DNA of 64,000 nucleotides from the human T2T-CHM13v2.0 reference genome, Homo sapiens: the NCBI RefSeq assembly GCF_009914755.1, contig NC_060947.1; one strand, 5' to 3'. The translations under genes were made by a program, and so were the position numbers. Under the pieces are notes generated by a model, which worked only from the letters and a program-made list of their open reading frames with translations, did no database searches and was not told the DNA's origin. Shown here piece after piece: positions 46,701 to 64,000 of the stretch; positions within the stretch are counted from its first letter, which is position 1, and each line of letters starts with the position of its first letter.

Positions 46701-47483
46701 GTTGTTTTTTTGCAGGGATATTTATGTCTCTATCTCCTTCAGTTCCTATCTGATCTTGGTTATTTCTTGTCTTCTGCTAACTTTGGGGTTTGTTTGCTCT
46801 TGGCTTTCTAGTTCTTTTAGTTGTGATGTTAGATTGTTAATTTTAGATCTTTATAGGTTTTTAATGTGGGCATTTAGGGCTGTAAATTTTCCTCTTAACA
46901 CTGCTTTAGATGCATTCCAGAGATTCTGGTACATTATCTCTTTGTTTTCAGTAGTTCTGAAGAACTTCTTGATTTCTTCCTTAATTTCCTTATTTACCCA
47001 GGAGTTATTCAGGAGTGGGTTGTTCAATTTCTATGTATTTGTGTAGTATTGGGTGAATTTTTTAGTCTTGTGTTGTAGTTTGATTGCACGGTGGTGTGAG
47101 AGACTGTTATAATTTCAGTTATTTTGCATTTATTTAGGAGTGTTTTTCTTCTTATTATATGAGCAATTTTAGAGTAACTGCCATGTGACAATGAGAAGAG
47201 TGTATATTCTTTTTTTTTTTTTTTGAGATAGGGGTGTGGAGAGTTCTATAGATATCTATCAGGTCCCCTTTATCCAGAGCTGAGTTCAGGTCCTGAATAT
47301 CTTTGTTAATTTTCCATCTTGATGATCTGTCTAGTATTGTCATTTGGGTGTTAAAGTCCCCCATTATTATTGTTTGGGAGTCTAAGTCTCTTTGTAGGTG
47401 TCTAAGAACCTGCTTTATGAATCTGGGTGTTCTTGTATTGGGTGTATATAAATTTAGGATAGTTAGCTCTTCTTGTTGAATTG
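43717..47483 (-). mobile_element. L1PA11/12-like element, 5'-truncated within the endonuclease domain
   Basis: 3'UTR ggggtacatgtgcaggatgtgaagg...catcacctaggtattaag. ORF2 fragments at 44112-47364 including GDFNT. No TSD found. Confidence 0.9.
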
Positions 47484-48016
47484 CTTTCCTTAAGTATCAA
47501 GCTGATTGGTTGTCATATCTTCAAGTACAGTCAGAGCTTAACAACTTGTTGAATAAAATATTAGAAATGGCAAAAAGGCAGACTAAATTTCAAACTAGAA
47601 AAAAATCCATTCAATTATTGCATTCAGTTTTTGAAACAGTTACTAACATGACAACAGATTTGGTTTCAGGTGCCTTTGTATACACTCACACTCACAAGAG
47701 GCACTCCAGCCACTGGTCTTCTTTGCAATACAAGACTGTATAGTCAGAGATGGCATTTTCCAAGCCAAACTTTAAATAGATTTTAAAAAGTAAATTTTAA
47801 TTTTACAGAAATGCTACTTCAAAAAATGTTTCCTCTCACTCCCTCATCTCTTATACTAGAAAGTGTAAATTTTTTATTTCTTCCAAGCTAAATCCAAAGC
47901 CTCAAAATTGATTCCTGGAAAAAAATCTCTGCAAATAATAATTAAAAACAAAAATATAGAAAAATTATACTTTTTATCTATGTACGTGTGGATAAATAGA
48001 TAAAGTAATGGATAGC

Positions 48017-48051
48017 TAGATATAGATAGACAGATAGATAGATAGATAGAT

Positions 48052-48090
<39 letters not shown>
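48017..48090. repeat. Compound (TAGA)n tetranucleotide STR
   Basis: TAGA TA (TAGA)2 CAGA (TAGA)4 T (TAGA)9 TAG. Confidence 0.97.
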
Positions 48091-48143
48091 GAATCCTGCA
48101 GCCTTTAAAAATCACATTAAAGGTGAATTTTTGGGATCATATC

Positions 48144-49099
48144 TGATATGGTTTGGCTGTGTCCTTACCAAAATCTTATCTTAAATTTTATTCCCATCAT
48201 CTCCACTTGTCATAGGAGGGACCTGGTGGAAGGTAATTAAATCATGGGGGAAGTTACCTCATGCTATTCTCATGATAGTGAGTGAGTTTTCTTGAGATCT
48301 GATGGTTTTATAAGAGACTTTTCCCCCTTTGCTTGGCACTTCTCTTTCCTGCCACAATGTGAAGGAGGACATGTTTGCTTTCACTTCCACCATGATTGTA
48401 AGTTTCCTGAGTCCTTCCCAGCCCTGCAAAACTGTGAGTCAATTAAACTTCTTTTCTTTATAACTTACCCAGTTGTGGGCAGCTCTTTATAGCAGCATGA
48501 GAATGAATTAATATAGTAAATTGGAACTGAGGGAGCAGGACGCTGATGTTAGGCTACGCAAAAATGTGGAAGTGACTTTTTAACTGGGTCACAGGCAGAG
48601 GTTGAAGCAGTTTGGAAGGCTCAGAAGAAGACAGAAATATGTGGCAAAGTTTAAAACTTCCTAGAGACTTGTTGAATGACTTTGACCAAAATGCTGATAG
48701 TGATATGGACAATAAATTCCTGGCTGAGGTGGTCTCAGATGGAGATGAGGAACTTGTTGGCAACGAGCACAGGTGACTGTTGTGATGCTTTAGTAGAGAC
48801 TGACAGCATTTTGCCCCAGCCCTAGAGATCTGTGGAACTTTGAACTTGAGAAAGGTGATTTAGGGTATCTGGTGGAAGAAAGTTCTAAGTGGCAAAGCAT
48901 TCAAAAGGAAGCAGAGTGTAATAGTTTGGAAAATTTGCAGCCTGATGATGAGATAGATAGAAAAGAAAAACCAATTTTCTGGGGAGAAATTCAAGTTAGC
49001 TGTAGAAATTTGCATCAATAACAAGAAGCTAAATGTTAATCTCCAAGAAAATATCTACAGGGAATGTCAGAGACCTTTATGACAGACCCTCCCATCACA
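48144..49099 (+). mobile_element. THE1 (C/D-like) 5' LTR (48144-48515) plus truncated internal region
   Basis: tgatatggtttggctgtgtcc...gaatgaattaatata, then gtaaattgg and THE1 internal sequence homologous to 6680-7354. There is no second LTR. Confidence 0.92.
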
Positions 49100-49231
49100 A
49101 GCATTAGGAGATATAATGTTAAATGGTGAGTTGATGGGTGCAGCACACCAACATGGCACATGTATACATATGTAACTAACCTGCACGTTGTGTACATGTA
49201 CCCTAAAATTTAAAGTATAATAAAAAAAAAA
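49100..49231 (+). mobile_element. Very short L1PA (PA4-6-like) 3' end with A tail
   Basis: agcattaggagata...gggtgcagcacaccaacatggcacatg...aaagtataataaaaaaaaaa. Confidence 0.9.
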
Positions 49232-51953
49232 TCTTGGGATACCAGCAACAAAAAAGAAAGGATTATAAAACCAGCAAGAGGAAAAAAAAAAAAACAAATA
49301 GCATACAATAGAGATTCAACACATCTGGCAGCAGACTTTTCAGTGGAAACCTTACAGTCCAGGAGAGTGTGTCATAGCATATTTAAAGAGCTGAAGAAAA
49401 AACAAAAACAACAAAAAAAAACTTTTGCCCTAGAAGAAGATATCTGGTGAAAACATTCTTCAACCCCAAAGGAGAAATAAAGACTTTTTCAGACAAACAA
49501 AAGCTGAGGGATTACATCAGCACCAGATTTGTCCTAAAAACAAATGCTGAAAAACGTTCTTCAATCTGAAAGCAAAGGATTTCAATGAGCAAGAATAAAT
49601 TATCTGAAGATACAGAACTCACTAGTAATAGTCAGCACACAGAATATTATAACACTGTAATTGTGGTGTATAAATACTAACATCTTAAGTAGAAAGACTA
49701 AATGATGAACCAACAAAAAAAAATGACTACAACACTTTGCAACAAGAAGTTAAAAAGTGAGAGGATAAAGTTGAAGTGTAGAGTTTTTATTAGTGTTTTT
49801 TGCATGTTTTTTTATTTGTTTCTTTATGCAATTAGTGTTAAGTTGTCATCAGTTTGAAATAATGAGTTGTAAGATAGGAATTGCAAGTTTCAGAGTAACC
49901 TCAAATCAAAAAACATACAATAGATACAAAAATAAAAATAAAAAGCAAGAAATTAAATCATACCACCAGAGAAAATTTATCTTCACTGAAAAGAAGACAG
50001 GAAGGAAGGAAAGAAGGAAGATAATACCACAAAACATTCAGGAAACTAACAAAATGGCAGCAGTAAGTTCCTACTTATCATTAATAACATTGAATGTGAA
50101 TGGACTAAACTCCCCAATCAAAAGACATAGAGTGGCTTAATGCATGAAAGAACAAGCCCTTATGCTCTATTGCCTACAAGAAACACACTTTACTTGCAAA
50201 GATATGCATAGACTAAAAATAAAGAGGTAGAAAAAGATACTTCATGCCAATGAAAACCAAAACAAGGGCAAGAGTAGCTATTTTGATATCAGAGAAAATA
50301 GATTGCAAGGAAAAAACTGTAAAAGATAAAGAAGGTTATTATATAATGCTAAAGGGATCAATCCAACAACAGGATATAATGGTTGTAAATCTTTATGCAC
50401 CCAACACTGGAGCACCCAGATATATATAGCAAATATCATTAAAGCTAAAGAAAGAAATATATCTCAATAAAATAAAAGCTGTAGATATTACAAACTCAGT
50501 GTCAGCATTGGGCACATCTCCCAGACAGAAACTCAACAAAGAAACATCAGACTTAATCTGCACTACACAGCAAATGGACTTAACAGATATTTATAGAACA
50601 TTTCATCTAATAGCTCTAAAATACACATTCTTCTGCTCAGAACATAGATCATTCTTAGGGACAAACAATATGTTAGGTGACAAAACAAGGCATAAAACAT
50701 TCAAAAAATTTAAATATAAGCATTTTCTCTGACCACAATGGAATAAAATGATAAATCAATAACAAGAAGAAATTTAGAAACTAAAAAACATATGGAATCT
50801 AAACAATATGCTTTTGAATGACCAGTGGGACAATGAAGACATTATAAGGAAAATTGAAAAATTTCTTGAGACAAAGTATAATGGAAACATCAAAACCTAT
50901 GGGATACAGCAAAAGCAGTAATAAGAGGAAAGTATATAGCTGTAAGTGCCTACACAAAAAAAGAAAAAAAAACTTCAAATACACAACTTTAACATTGCAT
51001 CTCTAAAAATTAGAAAAGCAAGAGCAAACCAAACACAAAATTATTAAAAGAAAAAAATAAGTATGAGGGCAGAAATAAAATAATTTGAAATGGAGAAAAC
51101 AACATAAAAGATAAAACAAAAAGTTGTTTTTTTGAAAAGAACAACAAAATTGACAAACATTTAAGGAGACTAAGGAAAAAAGGGAGAAGACCCAAATAAA
51201 TAATAGCAGAGATTCAAAAGGAGACATTATGACTGATACTGCAGAAATTGAAGGGATCATTAGTGGCTACTATGTGCAACAATATGCCAATAAATTGAAA
51301 AATCTAAAAAAAATAGACAAATTCCCAAACACACACCACCTACAAGGATTGAACCATGGAGAAATTAGAAACCTAAGCAGACCAATAACAAATAAAAAAA
51401 TTAAAGCCATAATAAATACTTTCTCAGTGAAGAAAAGCCTGAGATCTGATGGTTTCACTGCTGCATTCTACCAAATAGTTAAAGAAGAAATAATACCAAT
51501 TCTACTCAAACTATTCTGAAGAATAGTGGAAAAGGGAATACTTCTAAACTCATTCTATGAGGCCAGTATTAATTACCCTGACACCAAAACTGAAGACACA
51601 TTAAAAAAACAAACAAACTACAGGCCAATATCACTGATGAATAGCGATGCAGAAATTTCCAACAAAATACTAGTAAACCAAATCCAGCAACACATTAAAA
51701 AGATCATCCATTATGATCAAGTGAGATTTTTCCCTGAGATGCAAGTATGGCTTAATAAATGTAAAAATGACAAAAACCTTATGATTATTTTAACTGATGC
51801 TGAAATAGCATTTGATAAAATTCAACATCCCTTCATGATAAAAACCCTTAAAAAACTGGTTATTGAATAAATACATCTCAACATAATAAAAGCCATATAC
51901 AATGGACCCATGGCTAGTAGCATACTGAATGGGGAAAAACTGAAAGCTTTTCA
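49232..51953 (+). mobile_element. L1MA-like internal fragment: ORF1 3' part, inter-ORF region, ORF2 EN to early RT
   Basis: [44 protein letters not shown] and [14 protein letters not shown]. Truncated at both ends. Confidence 0.88.
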
Positions 51954-51956
51954 GTT

Positions 51957-52192
51957 TGTAGTAAGTGGCATGATCATAATTCACTGCAGCCTTGACCTCT
52001 CAGGCCGAGTGATTCTCCCACACTTAGCATCCAAAGTGTACGCCACCATGCCTGGCTAATTCTTTTATTTTTCTGAGAGGTGGGATCTCACTATTTTGCC
52101 CAGGCTGGTCTTAAAATCCTAGGCTCAAGTGATCCTCCTACCTTGGCCTCCCAAGGTGCTGGGCTTTCAGGTGTGAGCTACCTTGTCTGACC
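51957..52192 (-). mobile_element. AluJ lacking its 3' end and tail
   Basis: tcactgcagccttgacctc...gcccaggctggtctt...gtgtgagctaccttgtctgacc. Confidence 0.88.
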
Positions 52193-52194
52193 CT

Positions 52195-52650
52195 AATTCT
52201 TGTATTTAACCTACCATTTGTATTTCAATTTTATCAACTGACTCAATAATTTCTTTTTATAGTTTTTCCCTCTCCAGTACAGACTCTGGTTTAGCACAAT
52301 CAATAAAAGGAAATAGATGAATTGGACTTCATTGAAATTATAAATGTTTGTGTTCCAAAAGACACCACTAGAAAATGGAATGAAAAACAACAGGGAGACA
52401 ATATTTGTACAGATACTTGCTACAACATGATGAACTTTGAAGGCATACTATGTGAAATAATCCAGTTACAAAATATCACGTCATAGATTTTGATTTATAT
52501 AAAATCCCTGGAATGGGCCAATTAATAGAAATAGAAAATATATTAGTTTTCACCAAGGGCTGAGGGTAGGGATGTAGTGGATGGGGAATGACTACTAAAG
52601 AGGTTTCTTTTGGGAATGATGAACAAGTTCTGAAATTAGAAAGTAGTGAT
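52195..52650. mobile_element. Old L1M (MB/MC-like) fragments
   Basis: ttggacttcattgaaattataaatgtttgtg (ORF2) and 3'UTR gtttcttttgggaatgatgaacaagttctgaaattagaaagtagtgatgg. Confidence 0.65.
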
Positions 52651-52651
52651 G

Positions 52652-63605
<10,954 letters not shown>

Positions 63606-64000
63606 AAACTGAATCCAGCAACACATCAAAAAGCGTATCCACCATGATCAAGTTGGCTTCATCCCTGGGATGCAAGACTGGTTCAATATACACAAATCAA
63701 TAAACATAATCCAGCATATAAATAGAACCAAAGACAAAAACCACATGATTATCTCAATAGATGCAGAAAAGGCCCTCGACAAAATTCAACAGCCCTTCAT
63801 GCTAAAAACTCTCAATAAATTAAGTATTGATGGAAAGTATATCAAAATGCTAAGAGCTATTTATGACAAACCCACAGCCAATATGATACTGAATGGGCAA
63901 AAACTGGAAGCATTCCCTTTGAAAACTGGCACAAGACAGGGATGCCCTCTCTCACCACTCCTACTCAACATATTGTTGGAAGTTCTGGCCAGGGCAATCA
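63606..64000 (+). mobile_element. Younger 5'-truncated L1PA starting in RT and running off the window
   Basis: Abrupt jump from the host ORF2 C-terminus back to gaatccagcaacacatcaaaaagc...acaagacagggatgccctctctcacc (QGCPLSP). Confidence 0.88.

Overview
This is primate (probably great ape or human) non-coding genomic DNA, not microbial. I found no intact cellular protein-coding gene, RNA gene or CRISPR array. Roughly two thirds of the window is LINE-1 by my coordinate tally, and nearly every entry in the ORF track is a decayed L1 ORF1/ORF2 fragment, an L1 antisense frame, HERV-L gag/pro/pol, a THE1 internal ORF or Alu read-through. The left 28 kb holds a full THE1D-like MaLR element, an internally deleted HERV-L provirus with both MLT2A LTRs, an 8 kb old L1PA with a tandemly repeated 5'UTR, and scattered Alu, MIR, L2, L3, hAT MER and solo LTR copies. 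The right 36 kb is a nested L1 pile-up (L1MA host plus L1PA7-, PA4-, PA5-, PA11/12-, PA15/16- and PA3-like copies). I do not see a new gene system. The notable signals are historical and structural: a likely gene-conversion tract between two inverted L1s, several templated insertions at deletion junctions, an open and extended ORF0 frame in the L1PA7-like copy, L1s with and without the ZNF93-binding 5'UTR segment, and an old twin-priming inversion. Subfamily names come from recalled diagnostic sequence and need RepeatMasker/Dfam confirmation; boundaries of old elements are approximate.
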